A DNA stretch of 46,872 nt, counting the filler, from Jimgerdemannia flammicorona (lineage: Eukaryota): assembly GCA_003990765.1 (NCBI GenBank). It is 2 parts of 2 records of this genome, joined end to end, with 100 filler letters (N's around TTAATTAATTAA, not from the genome) between each part and the next. Parts side by side here need not be neighbours in the genome. Positions count along the whole stretch, not along the records: positions 1 to 23,395 come from RBNJ01001112.1; positions 23,496 to 46,872 come from RBNJ01001113.1. One strand, given 5' to 3'. Of this stretch, positions 23,229 through 36,543 are shown one piece after another (within the stretch, counting starts at the first letter, position 1; the number at the start of each line of letters is the position of its first letter). The position numbers and the translations under genes are program-made. Under the pieces are notes generated by a model. That model searched no databases. It was not told where the DNA came from and saw nothing but the letters and a program-made list of their open reading frames with translations.

Positions 23229-23395
23229 ACGAAATTTCCTAATTGGGTATTGTCTGCAGCGATATGCCAATTCAACTAAGCTGGTCTTAGTTTCTTGAAC
23301 TTCCTGAAATACGGAAAATCCTGAACATCCAGAACTAGTCCGGAAAAGGACCTTGGTTGAGACGTCAACCCAATCTTGAAATCAATAAGCGTAGA

Positions 23396-23495
23396 NNNNN
23401 NNNNNNNNNNNNNNNNNNNNNNNNNNNNNNNNNNNNNNNTTAATTAATTAANNNNNNNNNNNNNNNNNNNNNNNNNNNNNNNNNNNNNNNNNNNN
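23396..23495. other. Assembly gap / artificial linker (44 N + TTAATTAATTAA + 44 N)
   Basis: All-frame stop linker centred in exactly 100 bp. Confidence 0.97.
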
Positions 23496-26340
23496 CTCTC
23501 CCCACTTGTTGCCAATCAAACGCTCCAGGGCCACCCTGCCCAGTATGCACCTCCGGATGCTCGTTGGTCGCCATGATACTAGTAGCTTTTCTCCAGAAAC
23601 TGTGTCGAAAGTGTTGCCAAAGGGTTGTGTAACCTGAATGTTACCGGAGAGAGATGATGTCAACTGGTCACAAAATTGTCTCTCTCCTTCTTTCTCTTGA
23701 GTAAGGCTATATTGAGGTATCAGTGCCCTCCACCACTGCTTGCTGCTTGGAATCTACCACAAACCTCCACTCTCTAGTGATCAGACCAAGAGTACCAGTG
23801 TATCCCAGCAGAGTCCAGTACATTGCCCCAGCACTCCACCACTAGCAGCCAATCAATTCGCATTCCAACCAATGCTGTTCCAACTGGATGTCACCAGGTG
23901 AAAGGACCCAACTTATCCCCCTATCATTGATGAATGCCATCCACCAAACCCATGTCACTCTCCACCTGCAGCCATTGAGAAAGTCCAGAAGATACCATGA
24001 CTTCTGCTCCACCATCAGACCTATCTAGTTTATGATCACGCACCATATTGAAGTCTCCCCCCAGAATGTCCAAAGCAACTACCTCCCAACCATCCCATGT
24101 CTATCATCTCTCAACCCATTGCTTTCGCTCTCTGCCAACTGTAGGGAGGTAAACCAAGCCAACCAACAAGCCATCACCTGCCCCACCTTTTAGTCTTCCC
24201 CAGATCAGTCTGTCACCATAGATCTCTACCTCTACTAGCTCACCTTTGCTTATACCAACCAAGATACCCATCTGCTTATTCCAACCCACTCCACCATACT
24301 ATTCTTTACTCCACATCTCATAGTCCAACTCACCATAAGCTCAAATATCCTGAAGAAACACAACATTGTACCTCCTGACTTTAAGCCATCTGAAAAGCTG
24401 CTATCTTTTAACACTATCCTGCAATCCATTGACATTGATTGACAAAATATGTAGATTGTTCATCATCATGAAGGAAATTGTTTAAAGCTCAGCTAGGACT
24501 ACCATCACCTTCTCAGTCCTTCCTCTAATAATCTCTCACTGGTCCTCACAAATTGCCTTCCAGATTTGCTCACTATTGGCACTACTGCAGAAAAGATCCA
24601 CTCTCCCTATTGCCATCTTCCTGATGTCAGCCATCCTGCTCTCATCAACATCATATCCTTCATCATCCAGAAGGGTGGCAACCATTGCCATCACCAGCTT
24701 AGGTCCCTGCATTGCTATATTGAGGAATCCTTCCCATGCCTCCTGAGATATCCACTTCCTTGATATCTTCCTCTGCCAACTCCTCCAGTACTGCCTGATA
24801 CCAGCTCTCTGCTGTCATCACCAGGGGCCCAGGAGTTGATGGTCTGGAGGTTCTGCTCAGTTCTTGCAGTTGCTCTCTGTCTGCTGATATATCAGAGGCC
24901 ACATCCACCAGCTCATCCTTCTCTACAACTTTCTCTAAACGAATAACCTCACTAGCTTCTGGGTACTCCCAATGGACATTTGCTATCCCGGCCATATGGG
25001 TATCCTCCACCTGAGTCTCCAGCACTACTTCATTATCAACCTCAAAGCCTCCTCCACCAACCTCCTTCTTATCTGTCCACTTTCCTCTCACTGGCACATG
25101 TGCTGAGTTCTCTACACCACCCAGCTGGGAAAAGGACACCTCCACTGCCTCCACTCCTTCCATCTGATTCTTGGCCACCTCTACTCTTGCCTCCTCTTCC
25201 ATGGCTGCCCCTTGAAGGGCCGCCTGCAGATGCTCCCAGTTCCCTTTCCTCTATCTCTTCCTCTTGCCATCAGCCTCGATCCAGACCCAATCCTTGGTAT
25301 ACTCCTCTCACTTCCTCTTTTGCAGCTCCTTGGCAGTCTCTCTCTCCTCCAGAGCAATTGCCAACTCTTCCTCCTCCTGTTCTGCTCCCTTCCTTCTCCA
25401 CACCCTATACTCTTGTCCCGCAATTCTAATTCCTTCAGGCCAATTGCAGCCCAGCCCAGTAGCCTCCTTGCCTTCCAGTCGCAGCATCACCTCACAGTTG
25501 CCATTCCTCAATTTGATGCCCTCCCAGAACATGAACCTGAAGTCCACCATCTCACCATATTCTCCCAGTGCCTCTACCACCATCTCCTTGGTCTCCTGTC
25601 TGCCCAGGGTCAGCAATCCTTCCACTACCAGCTGAACAGCATATGGATCCCATCTCAGACACCTTGCCATCCCAATCCAGATGCCCTTGACTATCATTCC
25701 TTTCTCCAGTATCTTCATCATTGCATCCTCCTCCATGAATCCAATCTCCACAGCCTCTGCTGAAGGGATGAACTTCAGAGACTCTGCCCCAGCCACTTCC
25801 TCCCCCACCAGCCTCAGAACCTCCCTCACTGATATTGCCAATCCCAGGAAGTTCACCAAGACAGCCCACATCAATACTGATTTGTAGAAGAAAGGTCTCA
25901 CCACCAACTCGCCTATCCCTACTACTAGAGTCACCTTTCTCTTGGTCTCTGAAACACCTGCAGTTGTCTCACCAGGCATGGCTGCACCACCAGCAGTCCT
26001 CTCCCCAGCCACCTGCCTAGCTACAGAAGAACCAGTCCCCAGTATCACACTACCAGACCCCTGTCCCCTGCCAGCCACCTGACCCATCACCTGACTCATC
26101 ACCTGATCCTTCCCCCTGTCAACACTACACCCCCTCTGTCCAATCTCCATGGACCTAACTGCAGCCCTCCTATTCCCAACCACCATATGCCAGGCCTTAA
26201 TCCCACCAGTTCTCCCCTGTCCACCAGCCCTTCCTGCAGCCACACCAGCCCTGGCAGCAGCTGCAAAGCTCTTGGGAATACCCAGACCAGGTCCTCTCCT
26301 CACCAGATACTCAGAGCTAGAGGAATCTTAACTAGCCATG
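23496..26340 (-). mobile_element. LINE (L1/Tx1-like) 5' part: ORF1 (~26303-24700) and decayed APE endonuclease of ORF2
   Basis: ORF 25308-26303 is ORF1-like (SFAAAAR, RRM-like region). Downstream minus-strand pieces LVYLPT, ILGGDFN (~24050-24070) and WSDH (~23780) are APE motifs. Confidence 0.75.
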
Positions 26341-26479
26341 TTGCTAAAACTTGACTGTTTTCCTCGAAACTTATTGTGTCTTGTAGGTAGACTCCCACCA
26401 CATGATGTACACCAGTATGTTCAAAATAAAAACTTGAAAACATGTTGTCTTTCGCTGAAAGATACTTGTGTGGCTTAGC

Positions 26480-28097
26480 TCACTCTAAGTGGTTTGAGCA
26501 AAAGAAGTCTCCCTCTAGCAGACTTCTTATTGATTGAAGAGATTATAGCTAGAATAGACCAGTTTATTAGACTAAGAGGCTATAGAAGACTAGAAGCTAG
26601 AGCAAGCCTGGTTGGAGATAAAGGAGCTAAAAAGATTATTATGAGAGGAGAGAGAGACTTATATATAGGAGATAGCTACTAGATTGAGATGGTAGGGGCT
26701 TGAGAAGGGTGAGAGACTATCAAAGATTTCTTTAGACCCAGAGAATAAGGTAGAAATAAAATGAAGTACTTGATGAGAAGAGCATCTTAGTATATAGAAT
26801 GCAGCAGATCTTGAGTTTTCTGAAGAAAAGATAGAGTAGTCTGTAGAGTAAAAAAGAAGAGAGTATAGATAAGAAGGCTATAGGATACTTACTAAAGAAT
26901 TGGCATTCTCTGAGAGTAGATGGTCTTAGTGAGCTAACTCTGCTAATTCAGAAAAAGGAGATTCTATAAGTTTTAGTAGCTACAAAATTGATCATAGCTC
27001 TAGATAAGAATAGTCTATCTTGGGACTTTTGGAAAAAGATAGCAGAGATACTAAGAATGTTGAGAGAGACATGTAGCAGTACTTTGTAACTTTATTCTTA
27101 TAACTAGAGAGTTAGTCAAAAGGTAGTATATTAGTCTGATAGTACTGCTATATAAAAATAAGAATAAGATAGAGAATTAGTAGAATTGATACTTGATAAT
27201 ACTCTTAGATATAAACAGGAAGCTGATTATAAAAGTACTTATTACAAGACTGCAAAAGGTGGTCCAATAGAGTTGGGTGAGGAGTAAAGAGACTTTGTTG
27301 GAAGTAGGCTTATTAGGAATGAGATATATAGTATAGATGTATAGTATGTTTGAGAGAATAAAAACTTGTAGGCTAAAAAGAAGATTGGTCTTCTTAAATT
27401 AAAAGAAAGCCTACAATTATTTTTGGCAAGTTTGAAAAAAGAAAATATTAAATTGAATTGATATTTCTCAATTTTAAATATCTATAATCTGTTTATTAAA
27501 AAGTAGTAAGGTAATACTTATATATAATAGTTATTATAGTACTGTTTTCCTAATAGAAAGAGAAGTTCCTCAGAGAGATCCATTGTCATCTATTCTATAT
27601 ACTCTGTTATTGAAACTATTGATAGACAGAATTTACTAAAAGGTAGCTGAGGTTTTAGTTTTTAGCATTATCTAAAAGATTGGGGTCTATGTAGATAACA
27701 TAGTAGTTGATCTGGATAGTGCTCCCAAACAAATTGAATCAATTCAAATTGAATTGAATTGAGGGTCATTTGAATTGAATTAAGGGTCTAATTCAAACTC
27801 TATTTTTTGAAATATAATAACTCAATGAAATTATGTCCAAAATTAATGATCTTTAGTCTATTAGATTTCTTTTATATAGAGGAATCTAACAGGCTAAATA
27901 TTATTAAATTTGGACATATTTTCATTAAGTTATTATATTTTGAAAAATAGGGTTCAAATTAAATCTTAAATTAAATTGGACCTTTGATTTAATTCAAATC
28001 AAATTGAATTAGACCTTTGATTCAATTTATTGAGAGCACTAGGTCTGGGCTTAGTGATAGATGTGAATATTACAAGAGAGAGTGAAATGGTATGTAT
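26480..28097 (+). mobile_element. Heavily decayed LINE reverse-transcriptase region; continues at 45943-46087 after the LTR insertions
   Basis: Eroded motifs: S.RVDGL (SPGxDGL), KAYN (KAYD), EVPQRDPLSSILY (GVPQGDPLSP), YVDN (YADD). Confidence 0.7.
27717..28041. mobile_element. Fold-back MITE, hAT-like (TIR TAGTGCTC, degenerate 8-bp TSD GATCTGGA/GGTCTGGG)
   Basis: The two halves are inverted repeats centred on TATATA at ~27875; it interrupts the LINE RT just after the YADD-like motif. Confidence 0.78.
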
Positions 28098-28179
28098 TGT
28101 AACAGTGACCCCAGAATGATGACATCAGCACAGGAGACAGCCTTTCCTTACAAGCCACCAGATCGGAGCACAAGAAGAT

Positions 28180-29001
28180 TGTAATAGAATGAAAGAGCAT
28201 GAACAGATGGGATGCGACAAATGATGAATGATTACGTGACCCGGCAATGACGTCATCATACGAATGAAGCGCAACATACGAATTATGAATGACGAATAAT
28301 GCGAACGATGCGAAACAATGCGGAAAATGATATCCAGCTTATCCCCAACAATCGGCGCCACAGCAATAGTTGCCACAGCAGCTGATCATTACCTAGTAAT
28401 TGAGGTCCTGATCACAAAGTTGTTTTTACCAAAAACCACCTGACAAAGATTGCGATCACAAACCTCATTATAGTTACCAAATTAGTCACTCATACTTAGT
28501 TAGAAATCATGGACCAACTTGTATAAATACCCTCCAGTTTCCATCTGAAATAAAGCAGTTTTAGTTCAGTCCTTGATATAAGAATCAAGTTTCCCCCACA
28601 CATATACATTCCCCTATGTCTTAGTAATGACATCTAAGTGACTCTAGTGTTTCTGACTAAACTCTAGAAGCCTAGCTAACTTCTGCCAGAACTGAGACCA
28701 GTATATAAATCTCCAAAGACTTAAGTAAACCCATTGAACCTGAATTTCAAGGCGAATTCAGTCTGTGCACAGCAAAGAACAAGACCCTCAAAATAGGGCA
28801 CAAGAGAAAGACCTTTGAAACAGAAGGCAAACCAGAAAAAGACCTTTGAAAGATAAGGCACTGCCACTACAACTACTTTAAGTAAGTGCTTCCTCAAACT
28901 GAAGGCTTCTTGGTATACATTGTGTACTAAGTCCCTAAGTAATAGTCCACTTCCCTAATTATCCTAAAGATAAGAGAGGAGTAGAAGTGAGAGTTATTAT
29001 A
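28180..29001 (+). repeat. 5' LTR of element C
   Basis: Direct repeat of 36544-37365; terminal CA mutated to TA. Confidence 0.93.
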
Positions 29002-29004
29002 ACT

Positions 29005-29015
29005 TGGTAGCAGCG
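29005..29015 (+). promoter_or_regulatory. PBS of element C (TGGTAGCAGCG), compatible with initiator tRNA-Met
   Basis: Starts 3 nt after the LTR; complementary to a ...CUGCUACCA iMet-type 3' end. Confidence 0.7.
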
Positions 29016-29891
29016 ATTTACCAGCCAAGAAGGCACCAAAGAACATACTCCTGAAGTTGGAACAAGACCAACCTTGAACAGAAGTAACCCTCAGAATCAA
29101 CTGTGGATCCCCAAACTAGAGCCAGAGAAGCCCTTGCCATTAGGACCAGGTGGTACCAGAAAACCACAGACACAGAGACCTACCAGCTTGTAATTGACCA
29201 GGCTTACAAGGATCTATACTAGACCTTTAGGATATACCACCCAGGACTTAGGAATATTGTTAGCCACTGTAGGTTCTACGAACTCCTCCGAGAATACATT
29301 GGAACCACTAGGACCCCAGAATCTACTGCTGCAGCCACTTAGGATTTTTTAGATTATATTACACCCCCTGCTGCAAGAGAAGCAGCTGCCAAGTGGATTG
29401 CCTCTGACAGGTATCATCATACCCCAACCAAGACCTCTCTCTACTACAGGCTAGTTGTATACTATGCCTCTGCTATAACTAGGTACAAGAACAAGCAAGC
29501 AGGCCATCCATCCCCTACTGCTGAACAAGGAGCAGGCCCATCAACCCAGCCAGAGACCGATATCCTCTTTGAAGGACCTAGTCAGTATGAGGATGCACTA
29601 TCTCATCAGAGAAGGGAGTCAGACGTAGACTCTACAGGTTACCAGTCTGACGATAGCCAACGAGGAACAGCAGGCCTAAGAATTTACCAAGGAACTACAG
29701 ATCAAGAAGATCAGACCCCAGAACCAACTCAGCCACCTATACAGAGGTTTGGTTTACCCTCTCTCACAGGAATCTTTGACTTAATATCTGGAAACCAAGT
29801 AACTCCAAGTCATACAGCACTACAACCCCACCAAGCAGAACAATCTTCAGAAGAATCTACCCCAACAGGCCCACCACCAATAGTCAACACA

Positions 29892-32800
29892 ATGGTAGAT
29901 GTCAACATTGCAGCACTGATCACCCAGCTAGCAGCACTAGCAGGAATAGTAGGACAGATTGCTGAACAGAACAAACCAATCAAGACCTTGCGAATTCCAA
30001 CATTCAGTGGAAAAAACAGTGACATTGAAAACTTCATCAATGCAGTTGACACAGGCTACCAAGCAAACCAATAGAATGACAACTGAGTACCTATAGGAAT
30101 GCTCACTAATAACCAGAACAGCACCCTTCAACAGCTGCTTGCCACATCAGCAGCACAAGTAGAAACAGTAGCTACATTCTTTACTAGAACAGTAGCTGAA
30201 TTCTGGCAAACCTTGGAACAACACCCAGTAATCTGGGAAGCCTGCCCTCAAGTCAATGGACAAGTACCTGGCAACAATAGACCAGGTTGGGATGACTATG
30301 AAGCAGGCCCAGGACTCAAGGCCTTACTACTGACCAAATTCCAAAATGCAGCCTACATACAAGAAACATGGAACAAACTGTCCTAGATGAAGTTCCACAA
30401 GAATGGCGAAGAGGATCTAGAGACCTTTGCCACCAGAATGGATGCCTATCTCAAAACCATTAGACTTACCTATCAGGAGAACAATTTGGCCATCAATGGT
30501 ACCAGAGCCAATCATCTCTTTGCAGCCCTACCAGACTGGCTCACCCAGAAGATCAAGGAACAAGATCTTCCCCAAGGATATCCTCACTACTCATAGTACT
30601 TTGCCCAAGTACAAAGAAGAGCCCACGAAATCCTTGCTGCACAAGCTCCATGAAATCAAGAATACAAGAAGGATAACCAAGATAGAAGAAATCCTACCAG
30701 GAGAAATGATCAAAGAAATGACCAAAGATATGATCAAAGATATGATCAAAGGAACCAGCGAAACCCCAGAGGACCCAGACCTCCCACTGAGGATGAGAAG
30801 AAGCAGCTCCGTGAAAAAGGATTGTGCTTCATCTGCAAAAAGGTAGGACACATCTCAGTCAAATGTCCCAAGAAGAGAAATAGAGCAAGTGAACCTAGTA
30901 ACCAGAACATTACTGTCATTAGAGAAGGTCCAGAAAAGAAGAACCCTGAGAATGTCATCAAAGTACAGAAGATATGGTACAAGGCTACCATCCCCACTAA
31001 GGCCCACTCAACTGATGCTGGATATGACCTCTACAGCAGCCAAGATCTCACCATCCCACCAAGTACCAATGCTACAGTGCGAACAGGAATTGCAATACAA
31101 GCCCCCAGAGGTACATACATCCACTTTGCTGAGTGAAGCAGCCTAGCCAAAGAGTTCAACATTGGGCTAGGAGGAGGAGTAGTTGACCAAGGTTTTACTG
31201 GTGAAATCCATGTCATCTTGCGAAATTTTGGAGATACCTCATTTGAAGTCAAAACAGGCCAAAGAATTGTCCAAGCAATCATTGAAGAAATCTGTCAAGA
31301 TCTCACCATTGAAGAAGTTCCCAAACTCTCCCAGATAGATCGTGGCAAGAAAGGGTTTAGATCTACCAACAAATCTCCCAGTCAAAAGGTCACTACCATG
31401 AAGGAAGATGATGAAAACTGGTACAAGAGAATTGCAGATGATTATGCACCATGTGGATGATGCCCTCATTCTATTCGAATGTACTGCATGGAACATGTTG
31501 GTGAATGCTATGCATGCCTCTCCAAAGTTTTCAAAATTCAATCTGAGAAGCACCAAGCTCAACAGACTGAGGAATCCAAACAAGACAACCCTCCTTATGA
31601 AGGATGGAGAGAAACTGACTTCGAGGAGACTGACAGCAATTGGGACAACAATGAGGATGAAGAGCTCAATACCATCAAGAAGGAGGATAGTTGCATCAAG
31701 TTCACAGGCCAAGTCCACAGACAAAATGTCAATGTCTTACTTGATAGTGGTGCTACTGGAAACTACATCAGTACCAAGACTGCCAAGAGGATTGGAGCCC
31801 AAAGCAGACCCACTGCTGAGAAAAGAAGTGTTACCTTTGGTGATGGAAAGACTGCACCATTGACTAAGATCTGTGAAGACCTTTTGCTTAAGATTGGTAA
31901 ATATCAAGAGAAGTTGGACTTACAAGACATTATCTTAGGAAAAGCCTGGTTGACCTAGCACAACCCAGACATCAACTAGAGAACCAATGAGGTTAACCTG
32001 ACCCACGAAGATAGAAAGATCACCCTGACACCCCAGGAAGGTACCAACCACTAAGAAATCGAAATCATTTCTGCCATTCAAATGAAGAGACTCTCTTGAA
32101 AAAAGGGAAACACCTACTTCATCTGTACAGTACAAGAAGTCACTGAAGCCACAAGTAGCCCAATTCTAACAGAAGCACAAGAACTGTTCGAAGAATTCCA
32201 GGATGTATTCCAAGACCCTCAAAGACTTCCACCCAAATGCCAAATCTAACACAGAATTGATCTTATCTCAGGATCTGAACCCCCATACAAGAGTATCTAC
32301 CAACTGGCCCAATATGAGCTCAAGACCCTCAAGGATGAGTTGACCAAACTACTGGCCCAAGGATACATTGAACCCAGCCACTCTCCATTTGGAGCCCCCA
32401 TTCTATTTGTCAAGAAGAAGGATGGCTCTCTGCGAATGTGTATTGACTACAGAGCCCTCAACAAGATCACCATCAAGAACTGATATGCCTTGCCCAGGAT
32501 TGATGAGTTACTATACCAAATCTTCAAGGCTAAGACCTTTTCTCTACTAGATTTGCAAAATAGCTACCACCAGATTCTCATTGATGAGAAGAACATTGAG
32601 AAGACAGCTTTCCAAATACAGTTTGGACACTACCAGTTCTGAGTCATGCCTTTTGGATTGACCAATACACCAGCAACATTCCAGTATCTGATGAATGACA
32701 TCTTTGGACCACTCCTCAACATCTGTATCCTTGTGTATATTAATGATATACTAATCTACAGCAAGATAGTAGAGCTACACTATACCCACCTTAGACAAGT

Positions 32801-35063
32801 ACTGACCCTTCTGTGAGAACACCAGCTCTATGCCAAGATGAGCAAGTGTAAGTTCTACCAAGACCAGATTGAGTACTTAGGATACATCATCTCTGCTGAA
32901 GGTATCAATGTAGACCCCCAAAAGGTATCAGCTCTCAAGGATATCCCTATCCCTACTACTCTCAAGCTACTCCAGTACTTTCTGGATATTGCCAGTTATT
33001 ACTGAAGGTTTATCCAAGGATACTCTGCTATTGCAGCCCCATTGACCAGTCTGGCCTATAAAGGAGTGAACATCAAAGCTGAATAGACTCCCGAATGCAC
33101 CCTAGCTATAGACCATCTCAAGAGACTCCTTACTGAGGCCCCAGTACTAATTGCACCTGACTCTACCAGACCATTCACTCTGACCACAGATGCCTCTGAC
33201 ATTACTATTGGAGCAGTGCTCAGCCAAGAAGACTGCCCAGTGGCCTAACTTTCCCAAAAACTCAAGCCAGCTGAGACCCAGTATACTACCCATGAGAAGG
33301 AACTCCTGGCTATTGTCACTGCACTCCAGGAATAGCACCATTTCCTCCTAGGACAGCCATTTGTAGCCTACACTGATTACTATGCACTGTGGTATATTTA
33401 CACACAGCCTATGCTAACCCACAGACAAGCCTGCTGGATGGAAATCATTGCCAACTTTGATATGGAAATCAAGTATATCCCAGGCAAAACCAACCATGTG
33501 ACTGATGGTTTCTCCAGATATATGGAAGATAAACTTGTCTTCATAGTTGAAGTAATTGGAGACCTTACCCAAATGATCAAGGATGGCTACCAGCAAGATA
33601 GCCCCCTGATGAATTTCCTTCAATTCTGCCAAGACCCAGAGGCCAAGATTCCAGAACCCATGAGGCAAATGGCCAAGAGATTCACCTACCGTGATGGACT
33701 TATCTATAGGGACCATGACAGAGTAGTTGTACCCAACAATAATACTCTGTGACTCAAGATCATGCAGGAACTCCATGATACTCCTGTGGCAGAACACTTT
33801 GGTTTTGAAAAGACCTACAACCTCCTCTCAAGAGAGTTCTACTGACCAAAGATGACCAAGGATATCAAAGACTTTGTGGCCTCATGTGAGATGTACAAAA
33901 GGTTCAAAAGTGGTAACAAGCTATCAGCAGGACTCCTGCAACCCTTGCCTATCCCGAGTCACAATTGGGACCAGATTGTGATGGACTTCATTATCCAACT
34001 CCCCAAGACCAAGGCAGGATGGGATGCCATCATAGTATTCGTGGACTGCCTAAGTAAACAAGCCCATTTTGCACCCACTAAGACCACTGCTACAGTACCA
34101 GAGATTGCCGAGATCTTTCTCAACCAAGTATTCAGGCTATATGGCATGCCTAGCACCATTGTATCTGACCGAGATGTCAAGTTCACAAGCAATTTCTGGA
34201 AGGCATTTTTCTCTCTCCATGGAACCAAGCTGAAGTTCTCTACTGCCTACCACCCTCAGACTGACAGTCAAACCGAGCAAACAAACAGGACTCTCAAACA
34301 GATACTTAGCATCTTCTGCTGTTACAAGCAAAATGATTGGGACAAGTACCTAGCCCATGCTGAGTTTGCCTACAACAACAGTCAGCAAACCTCCACAAAG
34401 AAGACTCCATTCTTCCTGAACCATGGTCAATACCCAAGGACCCCAAGTACTACCACGAAATCAGCAGTCCCAGCAGCCCAAGATCTGGCCAAGACCATTT
34501 CTGACCTTATGCGAATGACAAGAGATGCTCTCATAAAAGCACAAGACTACCAGACCAAGTACGTGAATTTGAAGCAAAGAGAAGCCTCCTACAATATTGG
34601 TGACAAGGTCATGCTTATAACAGACCACCTCCACCCAGACACCCTGGCACAACAACCAGCCAAGAAACTCCATGCTAGAAGAATTGGACCATACAAGATC
34701 ATGGAAAAAATCAGCGAAGTCAACTACAAGTTGCAACTTCCCTACAATATCTGAGTACACCTGGTATTCCATATCAGCCAATTGGCAGACTACCATGAGA
34801 ACTCATTCCCCAAGCATACAGTTCCACCACCACCCTTAGTTAGGATCAATGATTACGAGGAATTCGAAATTGAGGAAGTACTTGACCACAAGGTCCGCAA
34901 ATATCCCAAAACAGTCAAGCACTTTTTCCTGATCAAGTGGAAGGGTTACCCCACCCATGATGCTATCTGGGAAAAAGAAGAAGCTCTAAAGAATGCACGT
35001 GAAGCCCTCCAGGACTACATGGAAACACTCACCCCCCAGCAAAGAAAGGAACTACAGCTCTAA
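29892..35063 (+). pseudogene. Element C polyprotein: gag(CCHC)-dUTPase-Cys/His module-protease-RT-RNase H-integrase-chromodomain (true start may lie further 5')
   Basis: All listed ORF pieces are in one frame. Motifs: CFICKKVGHISVKC, DAGYDL/GVVDQGFTGEI, LLDSGATG, MPFGL..YIND, TDAS, MDFI..SDRD..YHPQTD, GPY, EEFEIEEVLD..IKWKGY..IWE. Confidence 0.92.
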
Positions 35064-35701
35064 GTATAGGAGCACACAGCGAGCAGAAGGATACCACATA
35101 TTTTTAACTGGAAACATATAATACCGAACACTGTGAAAAAAGGAACACTATGGATAACCAAGATATCTGAACAAAAGAACAATCTAGTACAGTACAGCAA
35201 AATGTATTTGAACAACTCTACTTCATGCCATCTGTGTCATCTCTGCTGGATGATGACGGATGCTTCATGTGAAACTTAAGAAAGCCGACAATGTCGAAAC
35301 CAGTCTAAGTCCATCCACGTGACAGATATTGTTACTAGGAATTGCCTTGGATTACAAGAAAAGTCTATTTCTGAGAGGTTCGAACCCCCAGCCATGACAA
35401 TGGGAGCCCTTGCCCTAGACAAGGATGGCCAGTCCTTGCAAATACACCAACCAGACAAAAAAAAAGTGGACCAAGACCTGTTAACTCTGTGTAACCACAA
35501 CTACAGGTGATGAGATCTTTGAAATCAAGATTTTCTCATGTGACTAGCATATGCTCCACTTACAGCACAGATCATGCATTTTGTCAGAAAGCATGACCAA
35601 AGGAAGGTCACATCAGATGGGTGAATAAGTATAAATACCCAAGACAAGAATACCCTGCAACTCTCATCCCCCTTTCCTTACAAAGAAAAGACAAGACAAG
35701 A

Positions 35702-36532
35702 ATGCCTGCCACCTGCCACCAAACTGCCCACCATAGCCAGCCTCTCTCAAGCCAGGTTGACTACCTCTTTGGACACATCCAGGTTGCCATCCAAGGAAGG
35801 AACCGCTGCTCAGAGGCCCTTAACCTCTCCAGCCCAGACCTAAGACAGTATGTCCTTGACCACCATGAAATTATTGAAAGGGCCTACCTTGCTACCAGCC
35901 ACCTAGAGATCTGGCATGAATATGAGATTGGCCATCAACTTCTCTAATGGGCAAAGGACCTCCCCATGGACCAAGTCTCTGATTGGACCCACCTAGACAG
36001 GCATGAGCAAAGACTTGCCAAGAAGGTCCATCAAATCATGTGCCATATACCCTTCACGATCCCCAACCTCAACTATATATAACTGAAGGACTTCCAGAAC
36101 CTCTCTTTCCCTGAGGTCGATGCCCTAGAAGTCAAGGTCACCCAAGAAGCCAACTTCTGGATTGCCCTCAAGTCTACTGACTGTGAACCCTACTGGAGCC
36201 CCCTCCTGAATGACAACTCTGACCAATGGCTCCAAGGTCTCTCTGACCTCTTTGAAGGACCACCTATTCGAATGGATATTCCCAGACATGAAGATCAAGA
36301 GCCCTACTTGGATGGCCCCAACTGCATCAGATGGAGAACCCCTACACCAGCACCTATTCCAATGCAAGAACTATTTGCAGACCTCATTGACTTCTCCATC
36401 CTGGACAGCGAGCCCTCTGCAACCATCAACCCCCCTGCCCTTGAAGAAGATAGTAATGACCCTGAGGAGGATTCCCCACCTTTCTCTCCCCTGGTTCTCA
36501 ATTTCTCAATCAACAAGGACATTGATTTCTAA
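35702..36532 (+). pseudogene. Accessory ORF (unknown family) in the env position of element C, 276 aa with 2 in-frame TAA
   Basis: Own TATA box at ~35630; the frame joins ORFs 35621-35947 and 36272-36532; the stop overlaps the PPT; clearly homologous to 37531-38334. Confidence 0.8.
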
Positions 36533-36543
36533 GGGGGGAAGGA
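36531..36543 (+). promoter_or_regulatory. Polypurine tract of element C
   Basis: AAGGGGGGAAGGA immediately before the 3' LTR TGTAAT. Confidence 0.88.

Noticed and set aside
23440..23451. TTAATTAATTAA palindrome within Ns
   Set aside because: Artificial all-frame stop linker from scaffolding; not biological. It also prevents linking features across it.
35064..35520. Possible additional small ORF between the element C chromodomain and the accessory gene
   Set aside because: Multiple stops in all frames and no homolog elsewhere in the window to validate it.
35702..36532. Calling the post-pol ORF an env gene
   Set aside because: No signal peptide, transmembrane segment or fusion-protein features.
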